From Camelus ferus (taxonomy: Eukaryota), in NCBI RefSeq assembly GCF_009834535.1, contig NC_045696.1, positions 37,946,001 through 38,010,000 on the forward strand: a DNA stretch of 64,000 bases. The letters run 5' to 3'. Under the pieces are notes generated by a model, which saw nothing but the letters and a program-made list of their open reading frames with translations, was not told the origin of the DNA and did not search any database. Position 1 is the first letter of the stretch; every line of letters begins with the position of its first letter. This document shows, piece after piece, positions 23,641-36,811 of the stretch. The position numbers were made by a program, and so were the translations under genes.

Positions 23641-26547
23641 TCTAAATGACTCCTTAATTACTCTTTCTCCTAATATTCATCATAAAATTGTAATATAATC
23701 TTTGCTATCATCATATAGTTATTGACTGTTTTACTGTAATTGAGTTTATGGCCCCACTTCAGTTCATAATAAGAGGTTTTATTAAGGAAACCTGAGAGAG
23801 GTCAGAAACATAGCTTTCAATGTTCAAGGGAACTTTCAGCCTCTTTTTAATTACTTTAACCTATTGAATTTAAATCTTCCTTTTAATTGTCTAATTGTAT
23901 TCCTCTATAAGTTAAACCTATTACAGGGTAAATCATTTTAATGCAGTATAGTTTTATCATATCTCCAGGAAATTAATTCACCATACAAATGTCATGGATT
24001 GCCTCCTGTCATAGTTGCAAGCAAATGGATACGAAATAGTGTCTTCTTTACTGCCCCCATGCTATGATAAGTAGTTTGTTTATGAATTATATGGATAATC
24101 AGAAGAGGCAATTGTATTAATTTGAGGATGGGGGACGGTGTCATTCTGCCTTTAAAATCGTGTCAGTCTTTTAGACTGAAAAACTGCTTTTGATTAGGAG
24201 TGCATAATTCTCTCCTATCTCATCTGCTTTCGCTCTAATCAAACTCATGCCATTCCCTTTATTTTTAATTCAAGTCCAGGTAGTCCTCTACTTGTTGTCA
24301 AGAGATTTAGATGAAGAATCTGTTCCTTTTGATACAACAAAACTGTAAGAGTACTTTCCTTAGTTTGTCATGCAGTATTTAATAATTCTCTCCTTGAATT
24401 TAGCATTTCTTGAAATGGGCTGAAATCTAAAAATATTTCTGGCAGAAGCAGTTATACCAGACATCTTAATTATTATGTTTCCAAGGAAATGACAGGCTAT
24501 GTAAGAGAAGCTGACATGTCTCCCTGCAGCTATGTGCTTTTTATATTGGAACTTTAGGCTATTATAAATTACCTAGGCCTGAGACTGGCATGAACACAAA
24601 GCCTCAGATATAAACCAGCTGCCACATAATGAAGCTGGAGTTAATCCCCTCAGATTCCCCCCTTTTGCCTTGTGGTACACTGCCAGAATGTAACAGTTCC
24701 AGGAGCACACAGCTTTCTAAATGGGCAGTATAAATATCTGATTCTCTCATTTTCTTTATTTTCTTGAACTCTTGCTGTTTATTCTCTACTGTTGGAATCA
24801 TTCCTAAAGATCAAATTGAACAGGAGGATGGAGTAAGCTGGAGGTGAAGAGGTCAGAATCTGAAGAGTGCAGGAGGTTGGCAGTTATTCTGTAGGGTTGA
24901 TGCTCTTGACAACAATTGTTTGATTTGAGACCCTGCCTACTCTGCTGAATGCCATGTTTCCACATCAGGAAAGGAACTTGATCTTTGCACCTGCTGCCTC
25001 CTCGTTAGAAGGGAGGGGAGAAGTACTTGGGTGATCTTTGAGTTAAGCAGGTGACATAACAGCACCACACAGTACACTGAACAGAGCAAACGTGTTAAAC
25101 TGCTTCCTGTTGGGAAAGTATTTTGAATTGTACTGCCACATTCTTTTATCTTGCTTCCTGAATTTGGGCCACTTTGCTAACTATTATTCCATTGCTAAAA
25201 TCCTCAGCCAAGTATGTTTTGTTGCTAACAATTGAAAAGTCAGTGATTAGTAAAATTGTTATTCTCCAAAAACAGGGAAGTATCAAATGGTACCTACTAA
25301 ACTTTGTAAATGTATTAAACCTGTAGTATTATGTGACTGAAGTATTTCATTCATGAAGTAAAAATAACGTTATCTATTTTTTTACCAATACGTATTTATA
25401 AAATGCTTCATTATTTACTGAGAGAAAACACTGAAACATAAATTTTAAAAGGCTATGGAGATAGGAAATGGGCTAGATAGAGTCTGCTTTTGGATCTAAT
25501 ATTTTCTTTCTGTATTACCTTGGATATGTTTGAATGTCTGTTTTACACCAAAAACAATAAAGAAAAAAACATAAAACAAATAAACCAAAAATGCAGACAC
25601 GGTGTCCTGCCAAATTCATAGTGCCGTTGCAAAAAATTAGATGGAAGGAAAAATGTGACAGTGGTTGAAAAACTGCACACTGTTATAAAAACCTATATTT
25701 TTACCATTTCATGGGCTTTATTTTATTGTTAAAAATTGGTAGTCCTCTTCTGGGAACACAAGTCAGCGAACAGCCTCTGAATGAAATGAATGGTGTGATT
25801 TTGTTAATGAGTGCCTACTTGATAAATCTGGTGGTGAAGAGGGGACCTTCATTCACAATAAAGAATCTTGTCAGTCTCTCACTTCAAATAAAATCCAGTG
25901 AAATCCATCAGGATACTAACAGAAGCTGTAAGTAGGGACTCCTGCCTATAGACAGCCCAGCCTGATTGATGAGTTTATAAAAATCCAGCCTCCACATTGC
26001 TGCCTTATTAGTTACTCCAGAAGATTTTCCAAAAAATTTATATGTGATCTCATTCATCTATTGTGTTTCATAGGTGATTTATCTTAACATAAACCTCAGA
26101 CATGAGGGAATATAATTTTCAAGTAAGATCATTAACAAAAATTATACAAATATGACATTATAATCAAGAGTATTCTTCTCTTGCATCCACATTATTTTTC
26201 TTATTATGTAGAGTATTTGGTTTTCTACATAAGATAGATGATTTCAAGTGTTGTTATCTATCACCAATGATTTAACCACTTACTAAAATTAATTAAATAT
26301 TATTTTATTGATAATTACAATAAGGTAACAATCTTGGATTATAAAAATAAGGAAAATTATTACATAATAGCACTTTGAAGTTTCTTTATTTCACTAGTCT
26401 TCTTGAAAGATAATAAAACATATCCAGTATAGATATTTTTATCACTTTTTGATAAAATGAAATATCAATTACGAGATAGGTCGCAAGTTATGAAATCATA
26501 TATCAACTTCAAGTTTTAACTGTTCATTCTTGCCATAACTCACTTCT

Positions 26548-26958
26548 TGTAGCAGAGTTAACAGCCTACTTTTCTGAGCCAATGAATACATCCATTCCGC
26601 AGCTGTTGTGAGAGTTGACTGCTAATGGCTTATAGATTCCCCTGCTCCTTTGGAAAATTGCCCTTTGCAACATAGAAACTGTCTCATCTGAGAGGTTTTG
26701 CCGACCCAGGCGAAGTTCACAGCCAAGGACTGACTGAAAAGGGGCACAAATTCCGGGGCCCTTTGCCTCAGGATGGGAGCAACTTTGTGCTGCAATCTAT
26801 GCAAGTCAGGCTCTACCTGAGACCACATCCTTGCATAGGTCTCCGTGGTGTCATCTCTCTTTATGTGACTCTTTTCTCCTAAGAGAAAATCCTTGATAAA
26901 TCTTGTGCTCTCAAATCTTTGTCTCAGTCTCTGCTTCCAGGAAACAGAATCTAAGTCA
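26548..26958 (+). mobile_element. LTR16A-like ERVL LTR
   Basis: TGT...CA ends; CAGCCAAGGACTGACTG, CCTTTGCCTCAGG, CTGAGACCACATCCTTGC and GTCTCAGTCTCTGCTTCCAGG.AAC...CTAAG.CA. Confidence 0.85.
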
Positions 26959-27310
26959 GTTAGTAGAGGAATGGTGCTACTAAGCAGATTCTAAGGATTC
27001 TGGAGTTCAATCTCACACCAGCTAGCAAACATTGAGAATCCCCTCTCTCCATAGTGAGATACTGATGTTTCTGTACATCCTGTAGAATGCAGTGACCAAG
27101 ATGTTTTACTCAGTGAACTGGAGGAGTGGAAGGAAGTGGACTGGCGTATCTCTGACATTAGAGAGGTGTAGGAAAAATAATAATTATAAGGACTGTTAAA
27201 CAGATGTCCACTATTGAGAACTAGTAATGCTTTCAAGAGAGAAAATTACCAGTTTAAGCAAAATACTAATCAAAAGAAGAGTGTGAGAGCCAGAGTTGCC
27301 TGTGGAAGCA
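26959..27310 (+). mobile_element. ERV3-16A3-type ERVL internal 5' region (PBS/leader/gag start), truncated
   Basis: Directly follows the LTR; degenerate PBS GTTAGTAGAGGAATGGT, AAGCAGA.TCTAAGGATT, TAATTATAAGGACT and GTGTGA.AGCCAGAG. Confidence 0.75.
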
Positions 27311-28133
27311 TGTTGTCTGTGGAAGCATGTGATCTGTTTATTACCCTCTGATGGAGAATGATCAACTCCTTACACACTGCGGAGCCCATGCCTGCTCTAA
27401 ACCATGTGATGTCTCCGGATCTTAATTATAAACAATATTGTTAACAGAAGTTTCTTTCTTTTTCAGGCAACAACAACAGCTCTCTAAGCAAAGGCTCAGC
27501 TAATATTACAAGCTTAAAGAATTATTCATGCTTTTGAGGCTATGGAGTTATTAGTACTCCATTTCACTCCTCTGCATGCTGTGCTCAGAGCCAAGTACCT
27601 GGAGAGATATATGTACCAAACGGTATAAAAAGTGTGATAAGGAGATCTGTAGGTAGATGCCATAGCAGGCTAATAACAAGGTTTATTTTGAAAGAGATAT
27701 TCTTAATTTTATTTTTAATTATTATATTGAATATATTCAATATTGTCTAATTAGAATGGAAAGAACTAAACATCTATAAATAAAAATTACATTGAGAAAC
27801 AAATTCAATAATTAATTCCTGATTGAGTCATAGAAAATGTCAACAAAAAAATCAGTAAAACATTTCACACTTTTCTGTAATGCCTGATTATTTCTTTTTG
27901 TATGTGTGCAGATGTGTATGTATTTACCGCAACGGAAACATTTTCAGTTTCGTTTTTTGCTAGTTAAAACAAGAATTGCTTTCAAAAACTATATTTTAAT
28001 CCTTTCCCTTGATATTTTAGACATTTTATGTATGGTCACTTTAGGCAGTTATCTGTCTGTCCTACCCAAGCAGCAGGCTCTGGATTAAATGGCTTAGAAA
28101 AGATATAAAAGGAAGTGGATAATCCTAGAAGCA

Positions 28134-28204
28134 ATATTTCTTTACTCCACAATTGTTCATATGTCATATGTTCATATTTCTTTACTCCACATTGTTCATA
28201 TGTC
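28134..28204. repeat. Near-tandem duplication of ~31 bp
   Basis: ATATTTCTTTACTCCACA(A)TTGTTCATATGTC at 28134 and 28174. Confidence 0.9.
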
Positions 28205-28582
28205 CAGCCCAGTTGTTTTTTATAAATATTTCCTACTGTTGAATTTTTTATTTGAAAAGCATATAAACATATAAATATATACATATAAATTACCCAGACA
28301 TTTATTAGTGATGTAGTAAATGCAATGAGTTTTATTTATATATGCAAAAATATATTAAATAAGAACTTGTTTATGCAATTATAAGGTGATTCCCCTCCCT
28401 ATTTTTAGCTTATTATTAAATCTTTTGGTTCAGCAATTGTAATATTAGAGTCACTCATCTTTTTCTCACTACATTTTTACTCTTCATCAATAAATGACTG
28501 AATATAATTTCCTCAAAACAATACTGATTATAATACTTTGTTATACAAAATCTATACAAGAATAATCAGGATAAATTTTTAA

Positions 28583-29040
28583 GTAAACTTCTGAAATTGA
28601 AATACAGTACACATAAAATGTACACAAATAACAAGTGTACACATACATGAATTATGACAAAATTAATACACCCAGCTAACCCCTAATTTCAGAAGCTTCC
28701 CAGTTATCCCCTACAATTACCTCCCTCCTTCCTCTTCAAAGTTTAATCATATTCTGACTTCTAACATCACAGAATTGTTTTATCTGCTTTGGAATTTTAT
28801 GTAAGTAAAATTACTTTTGTCTGGGTACTTCTCAACAATGTGGAAGTTTTCTTCATGTTTTGTATGTAGTAGTTCATATTTATTCATGTTTATTGCCATA
28901 TCATATCCTGTTGATTTTATAACAATTTATTAATCCATTTTTCTCTAGCTGAGCATTACAAAAGTGTGCTGCTATGAAATTCCTCACATGATCTTAGTGG
29001 ACATTTATATGCATTTCTCTCACGTATATACATAGCAGTA
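28583..29040 (-). mobile_element. Old L1 (L1ME-type) 3' end
   Basis: ATTCTGACTTCTAACA.CA.AGA, TTTTGTCTGG, GCTGCTATGAA.ATTC, ATGCATTTCT antisense L1 3' motifs. Confidence 0.8.
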
Positions 29041-31020
29041 ATAAGTAGATTTAGAAAAACTGCAATATACAAAGTTAAGATACATAAATCTATTGTAGTT
29101 CTCTGTACTAGCAACAAAAACCTAAATATGAGTATTTTTAAAAATCCATTTACAATAGCATCAAAGCCAAAGTAATTAGGAGTTAACTTTTTTAAAGATG
29201 TGCAACCATCTTTTTTTAGTGTAGTTTTTTTGCACCAAACTACAAAATACTACTAAAGGAAATCAAAGAAAACCTAAAAAATGGAGAAATATATATGTTA
29301 AAAATTGGAAAATTCAATATTGTTAAACTGTCAATTCTCTGCAAATTTGCCCATGTTAAGAGCAATTTCAAAAATAATCTCAGTAGGACTTATTTCTGAA
29401 AATTTCAAATTTTAATCTAAAATCAATATGAAATTCAAAGAACATAGGAAATAAGTATCTTGAAAAAACAAATTTGGAGGCCTTATATTACCTGTCTTCA
29501 AGACATAATACAAAGTTTCTGTAATCAAGACAGTGTGTCACTGACATTAAGGATTAACAGATATATAATTCAGAATTGAACACAGATTTATAATTATTTG
29601 GTGTTTGACAAAGGTGTATAACTATCCGAAAGAAAAACAAATCTTTTCTCAAAAAGGTGAAAGAATAACTGAATATTCTTTTGAAAAAAATGTAACCTTG
29701 ACATTTTCCTCACATCCTACATCAAATTTAGTTTAAGATGAGCCATATCTGTGCATAAAAGCTAAAGCTATGAGCTTAAAAAAGAATACATAAGAGAATA
29801 TCTTCTTGACTTAAGAGAATGAAGTGTTTTTTAGACAGATCACAGAAAGCAACAACCGTAAAAGAAGAATTGATAAATTGGATACCATCAAATTTTAAAA
29901 CATATGTTCATCTAGAATATATTGCCAATTCTTGCAACTCAATAAATGAAAACAACTCAATAAAAATGGGCAAAATCTTGAGTAAACATTCAAAATAAAA
30001 CTTACAAAGAATCATCAAAACAGGTAAAAATGTTGCCTAATATCAAGTCCTTAGGGAAATTAAAAGAATCATAAAGAGATGTTTCTAGAAAATTTACTCC
30101 TTCATAAATAGCTAAAATTTAAAATTTGATTTTACCAAATATGGACAAGATGTGGAACAATAAAATTTCTTATCCAATTTTGTTGGTAATGTACAATGGT
30201 GTAACTACTTAAATAAAATTTAGCAGCTTTTTATAAAACTAAATATACACCTACACCATCATCCAAGAATTCCAATTCTAGGTTTACCAAAGAGAATTAA
30301 AAATATATGTTCATAAGGTGACTTGTACAAAACTGTTCATATCAGTTATATTTACAATTGCCAAAGACTGGAAACAAACCAAATGTCTAGCAATACTAGA
30401 ATAAATAAACAACTATTGTGTATTTATACAATGAACTAATACTAAACAATAAAAAATAAACATTTATCCATGGATAATCTCAAAAGATGACTATGTTAAG
30501 TAAAAAAATCCTTATATAAAAGAATTCATAACATACAATTCCACTTACTTGAATATGCTAAACTAACCTATGCTTGAAAAGTCAAAATGGTAATGACCTC
30601 TGGGAGGATGGGGCTGGAAATTAACTAGGAAAGGATATGAATGAGCTAAGTTGATGATAATATTCAATATCAAGATGGGGATTATATCAAAGCTCAATGA
30701 ACATATTTATGTTAAGATTTATACATTTCATTGTATACAGAAATCTGCATATATTAAATCTGTAAACAAAAATAGAATTCTAATTAATAATATGCATGTG
30801 GAAGTATGTAGCAGGAAGTGTATAGATGTCTGCAATTTATTTTAAAGTCTATAAAAATAAAATACATCAATGGATGGATACTAGGATGAATATGGATACA
30901 TGTGAAATGAAAAGTATGAATGATAGAATCTAGATGGTGAGCATGTGAACGTCAACTGTAAAATTCTTTAAAGTTTTCTGAGTATTTAAAAAATTTAATA
31001 ATAAAATATCGAGGAAAAAC
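29041..31020 (+). mobile_element. Old L1 (L1ME1-like) 3' ORF2 and 3' UTR
   Basis: Decayed ORF2 (AAATCTATTGTA.TTCT...ACTAGCAAC; GTAATCAAGACAGTGTG; TTTGACAAAGGTG) and 3' end GATGTCTGCAA.TTA...AGAATCTAG.TGGTG...AATAAAAT. Confidence 0.88.
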
Positions 31021-31676
31021 TGACCAGGACTTTTGCTGCCAGCCATACTAAAATAATTGCTACCAGACTTTCTCTCTCTGATGTAACAACTAGAAAATAT
31101 AGCAAAATATAGGAAATAGAATTTTTCTGACAGTGGACAACAGATAGCTGTGACCCCAGAGAAAAGGGAAACAAATGATAGAAACATGTTTGCTTGCTTT
31201 CTGGCTGAAGTCATCTTCCAGTATGAAGACCAGGGCGGGGATACTAAACAATGTACAATGGACCTTCTGAGTTAAAGAGATGGAAATCTAGCTTCGAATA
31301 ATAGAAGAAGATGGAATTTATGGGATAGAATAACAGAGAGAAGCAAACAATACAAAAAAGAGATTAAGAAAATTGCCAAGGTCCCCTTGAATTCACTGTT
31401 GAATCTAAAGTGCAAATGCAGAGGGTGAAAGTCCACAAGACCAATCAAAGGACCACCAGAAGCTGTAAGGTGAAATTATTTTAGAGCTCACACCTATGAA
31501 ACATTTGCATTCCCACTAACTAAAGGAAAGAAACTCCACAGACAACTCAGAACTCAGAACATTAGATAGAGATTCCTAAAGGGTCAAATATTTAAGAAAA
31601 AATAACTTAATGTGGGGAGAAATAAAAGATATAAAAGGAACCATGTAGCAGTTTTACACTTAAAGATACATCTTAT

Positions 31677-32020
31677 TGGGGAGGGAGGAATGAATAGATG
31701 GAGCACGAGGGATTTTTAGGGCAAGGAAATTATTCTATATGATACTATAGTGGTGGCTACATGTCATTATACATTTGTTAAAACCCACAGAATATACAAC
31801 ATCAAGAGTGAACCCTAATGTAAACTATGGACTTTGGTTGATAATAATGTGTCCATGTTGGTTCTTCGATTGTACCAAATATGCCACACTGATGAGGGAT
31901 GTTGAAGGTAGGGGAGTATATATGTGTAGGTGGGGAGGGCTATGTGCGAACTCTGTATTTTCTGCTCAATTCTGCTGTGAACTTGAAATTGTTCTAAAAA
32001 ATAAAGTATATTAATAAAAA
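31677..32020 (+). mobile_element. L1MC1/2-type 3' end
   Basis: AAAACCCACAGAAT.TACAACA.CAAGAGTGAACCCTAATGTAAACTATGGACTTTGG...CTAAAAAATAAAGT; decayed TSD AAAGATACATCTTAT / AAAAATGCATCATAT (12/15). Confidence 0.9.
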
Positions 32021-32570
32021 ATGCATCATATCAAATAAAAAATTACTGGGTGAATAAAGATCAGATAACACATTACAGAATGAAAAATCAGTAACCATGA
32101 AGACATACTAATAGAAACTACATGAAAGCACAGAAATAGAAAGACTGAGGGGGAAAAAGTCTTAGTGGCCTGTGGGACAATATTAAGCCACCCAACATAC
32201 ATGCAACTGGAGTAACAAGGGAGAAAAATGTGGACAGAAAAAAATTTTCAAAAAATTCTCACAAATTTTCCATATTTGAGGAGAACTTTACACCTACACA
32301 TCCAAGAATGTCAACTAAATCCAAGAATGACAAAAAGAAAACTGCACAAAAGCACGTTAAAATCCAGTTGCTAAGCCTCAGTGATAAAGAATACTCTGAA
32401 AGAAAAAGAGAAAGAAAAATCTGAAAAGAATCCAAAGTAAAGAGACATATTAAATACAGAGAACAAACAGAAAAACCCCAGAATCTTTAACAGAAATTAA
32501 GGAAACATGTAAATGGGACAACACCATTAAAGTACCAAAGTACAAAGGTAAAACTAAAATGCTCTGTCCA

Positions 32571-35500
32571 TCAAGGGAGAGGACTGGCCAAGATGGCGAA
32601 GTAGGAAGACTCTGAGCTCACTCCCTCCCACAGGCACACCAAAATTACAACTGTTTACAGAGCAACTATTGATGAAAAAGACCAGAAGACTAACAGAAAA
32701 AATATTCTTCACTAAAGGTATAAAAAAGGAATCACATCAAGATGGATAGGAGGGCCAGAGACAGGTTAATCAAGACACTTACCCCCAGGTGGCAATCCAC
32801 AAATGGGAGGATAATTATAATTGCAGAGGTTCTTTCCAAGAAGCTAAAGGTCTGAGCCCCACCTCAGGTTCTCCAGCCTGGGGACACTACAGCAGGAAGA
32901 CAAGTTTGGCTTTGAAAGCCTGTGAGACCCAGAGGGCTGTGGGAAATGGAGATTCCACTCATAAAGAGTGCACACAAAATCTCACACCCTCAGAGACCAA
33001 GGGCAGAAACAGCTTGAAAGGAGCCTGAGTCATACGTACTTGCTGATCTTGGAGAGCCTCCCAGAGATGTAGGAGGCAACTAGAACTCATCCTGCGGACA
33101 CAGACACAGGTTGTAGCCAATTTATGAGATTGTTCCACTACAAGAAAACTGATGCTGGGAAGCACCATTTTTGGAATCCTCCAAAAACTTATTAGCACCA
33201 GGACCTAGCCTCACCCACCAGCTTCTTGGCACCAGTACTGGGACCTCTCAGGCCAAGCACCTAGCTGAGATGAGACACAGACTCAATCACCAGCAGACTG
33301 GCTACCTTAAGTCCCCTTAAGCACACAGCCACCCCAGGACTTGGCCCTGTCCCCCATCCCCAAGAGAACCAGGACCTCACCTGCGAACAGTGCACTCTCT
33401 CTGGCCAGAGCCCTGCAGCCAGAGACTACGGGATCCAGCTCTACCCACCAGTGCACCATCACTAGCTTCAGGACCAACCTCACCCAATGGTGATCAGGCA
33501 CAAGAAGCCCCAGGACCCCCTGGGCCACAGCCCCACCCCCTTGCTGGCCAACACACCAACTCCAGAAAACCTAGGGCCCTGGAGCCAGAGACCTGGGACC
33601 TGGCTCCACCCACCAGTGAACCAGCACTAGCAGAGGACCCCCTAGGCTTCAGCCCTGCCCAGCAGTGGGCCAACACCAGCTCTAGGATCCCTGTGTCAGT
33701 CAGAGACCTCAGGACCTGACTCTGCTTATCAGCAAGACAGCATTATCCCTGGGACCCACTTGACCCAGGCTCTGCCCACCAGCCTATCATTACTAGTACT
33801 AGGACACTCCAGGCCAAGCATCTAGCTGTAAGGGGATATGCCCTCACCCAGCAGTAAGCCAGCTGCCTTAGAGAGCCTGGGCCCACAGCCGCCCCAGGAC
33901 CTGGCCATGTCCACCAGATGGCCCAGGACACAGCCCCGCACACCAGTTCACCTGCACTAGCCATAGAACACAGGGCCCTGTGGTCAGAAACCCCATAACC
34001 AAGCTCTGTCCACTAGTGGGCCTTTACTAGCCCCAGGATGTGGTGTCACCTACCAGCAGGGATACGCTAACCCCACAGACTACCATGTCAGGACTTAGCC
34101 CCTTTTGTCAGGCCAGCACCAGCCCCAGGATGACCTAAGCCCTGTTCCCTAGCAGGCCAACATCCAGCTCAGGGATGGGAAACCAAGGGCCACCCCAGGA
34201 TCTGTCCCCACCCACCAGCAGGGAGACACCAGCTTCAGGACACTAGACCTCACAGTCAGCCATGTCAAAAACCAGCCCCACCCACCTGCAGGCCAACATT
34301 AGATCCAGGACACTTGACCCTGCAAGTATCAGCTTTAAACCCAGGTCCACCCACCAGTGAGCCAGCAGTAGTCCTGGAACCCTTGAGGCTCTGCAGCCAG
34401 TGGTCTCATGACCTGGCTCTGCCCACCGCGGCCAGCAGCCATCACACAGGGCACAGCCTGGCAGCCAACAGACTAGGGGCCAGCCACAACTACGAGGCTG
34501 CCCACAACAGTCACCCTGCCACAACAGGAGGACTCGTGCAGCCCACACAGAGGGCACCCCTACAGCACACAGCTCTGATGACAAGAGGAGAGCATGCTGC
34601 TGAGACATATAGGGCATCTCCTACAAAAGGCCACTTCTCCAAGGTCAGGAAGCATAAACAACCTACCAAATACACAGAAGTAAAAACAGCAAATTAGGCA
34701 AAATGGGGTGACAAAGGAATATGTTTGAAACAAAGAAACAAGGTAAAATCCCACAAGAACTAGGTGAAGTGGAGGTAAGAAATCTACCCAATAAAGAGTT
34801 CAAGGTAATGATTGTAAAGATGCTCAAAGAATTCAGGAAACATTGGATGAACAGAGTGAGATGTTGGAAGTTTTAACAGAGTTAGGCAATATAAAGAAGA
34901 ATGAGACAGAAATGACAAATACAATAAACAAAATGAAAAATACACTAGAAGAAATCAACAGTAGATTAGCTGATACAGAGGAACAGACCAACAAGCTGGA
35001 AGACAGAGTAGAGGAAATCACTGAAGCTGAACAGGAAAAAAAGGTAAAAGAATTTTTAAAAATGAAGATTAAGAGACCTTTGGAACAACACCAAGTGCAC
35101 TACACATTCACATTATTGACGTCCAAAGGGAGAAGAAAGAGAAAACGGGGCAGAGAATATATTTGAAGACATATATCCTTCAATATATGAAAAACTTCAC
35201 TAACATAGAAAAGGAAACAGATATCCAGGTCCAGAAAGCACAAAGAGTCCCAAACAGGTTGAATCCAGAGAAGATCACACTAAGACATATTGTAATTTAA
35301 ATTCAAAAAAAAGGAAAAAGAGAGAATATTAAAAGCAGCAATGGAAAAGTAACAAGTTAAATACAAGGGAACTCCCATAAGGCTATCATCTGACTTTTCA
35401 ACAGAAACTCTGCAGGACAGAGGAAGTGGCACAATATATTTAAAATGATTAAAGGCAAATGCCTCCAACAAGAATACTCTACCTGACAATTCTTTCACTC

Positions 35501-36664
35501 AGATTTGACAGAGAGATCAAAACTTTTACAGACAAGCAAAGGCTAAAAGATTTCAAGCACCACAAAATCAGCTTTACAAGAAATGTTAAAGGAAAATTTT
35601 TGAGCAAAAAAGAAAAGGCCACAACTAGAAATATAAAAATTACAAAAGGAAAAATCTTATTGATAAAGCAAATACCCTGTAACGGATACCACTCCTGGGT
35701 ATTTATCCCAAGAGAACAAAAACACTAACTACGAAAGATACATGCACCTCGATGTTCAGCATTATTTACCATAGCCAAGATATGGGAGCAACCTAAATGC
35801 CCGGCAGTAGATGAATAGATAAAGAAGATGTGGTGTATATAAATACAACAAAATATACTGAGCCATAAAAAAAGAATAAAATCTTGTCATTTGTGACAAC
35901 ATGGATGGATCTAGAGGATATTATCCGAAGTGAGATAAGTCAGAGAAAGAAAGATAGATACTGTATGATTTCACTGTTATGTAGAATCTAAAAAACAAAA
36001 CAAATGGACAAACATAACAAAATAGAAACAGTGATAGATGCAGAGAATAAACAAGTGGTTGCCAGAGAGGAGAGGATGGAGGGAGAAAAAAAGGTCAGAT
36101 ACAAACTTCTAGTTGCAAAATAAATGAGTCACAGGAATGAAATATGCAGTGTAGGAAATACAGTCAATAACTATATAGTAGCTTTGTATGGTGACACATG
36201 GTAATTAGACTTATCATGGTTCCCATTCAGAAATATCGAATCACTATGTTGCGTAACAGGAACTAACAGTGTTGTAGGTAAATCATACTTCAAAAACAAT
36301 CTCATAAGTAAAGAGATCAGATTTGTGATTATCAGAGGTGGGGGATAGGGTGCAGGTAGTCAAGTTACAAATTTCCAGTTATAAGATAAATAAATACTAG
36401 GGATATAATTTACAATATGAAAAATTTAATTAACACTGATACATGTTATATTTCAAAGTTGCTAAGAGAGTAAATCCTAAGAATTCTCATCACAAAGTAA
36501 ATTTTTTTCTATTTCTTTAATTTTGTATCTATATGAGATGATGGATGTTCACTAAACTTACTATGATAATCAATTCATAATGTATGTAAGTGAAATCATT
36601 GTTGTACACCTTAAACCTATATAGTAGTATATGTCAATTATATCTCAATAAAATGGAAATAAAA
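32571..36664 (+). mobile_element. Younger L1 with 5' UTR, ORF1 and 3' UTR but almost no ORF2 (4.1 kb)
   Basis: Starts with the YY1-type CAAGATGGCG; GC-rich repetitive 5' UTR to ~34700; ORF1; jump at ~35670 to the extreme ORF2 end; 3' UTR with AATAAA; TSD TAAAATGCTCTGTCCA (32555-32570) / TAAAATGCTATTTCCA (36665-36680), 14/16. Confidence 0.9.
34703..35605 (+). pseudogene. L1 ORF1p, disrupted
   Basis: MG*QRNMFETKKQGKIPQELGEVEVRNLPNKEFKVMIVKMLKE; coiled coil MKNTLEEINSRLADTEEQTNKLEDRVEEITEAEQEK; C-terminal EIKTFTDKQRLKDF; several frameshifts. Confidence 0.92.
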
Positions 36665-36811
36665 TAAAATGCTATTTCCAACGAAATACTTTTCAAAATT
36701 GAAAGGGAACTAAAGATGATTTCAGAAAGACAAATGCTTAGAGAATTCATCAAAGGTCGGTGTTAGATTATAAAAATATAAAGGAAGTTTTTCAAATTAT
36801 AAGTAAATGAT

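Larger units (their letters stand above)
31025..36810 (+). mobile_element. Ancient L1M 5' UTR/ORF1 host element, interrupted by two later L1 insertions
   Basis: Segments 31025-31676, 32016-32570 and 36665-36810 join into a continuous old L1 5'UTR-ORF1 (CCTGTGGGACAATATTAAG; AGAGAATTCATCA...AAAGGAAGTT). Confidence 0.7.

Noticed and set aside
33307..34754. Cluster of 60-127 aa ORFs on both strands
   Set aside because: By-product of the GC-rich repetitive L1 5' UTR.
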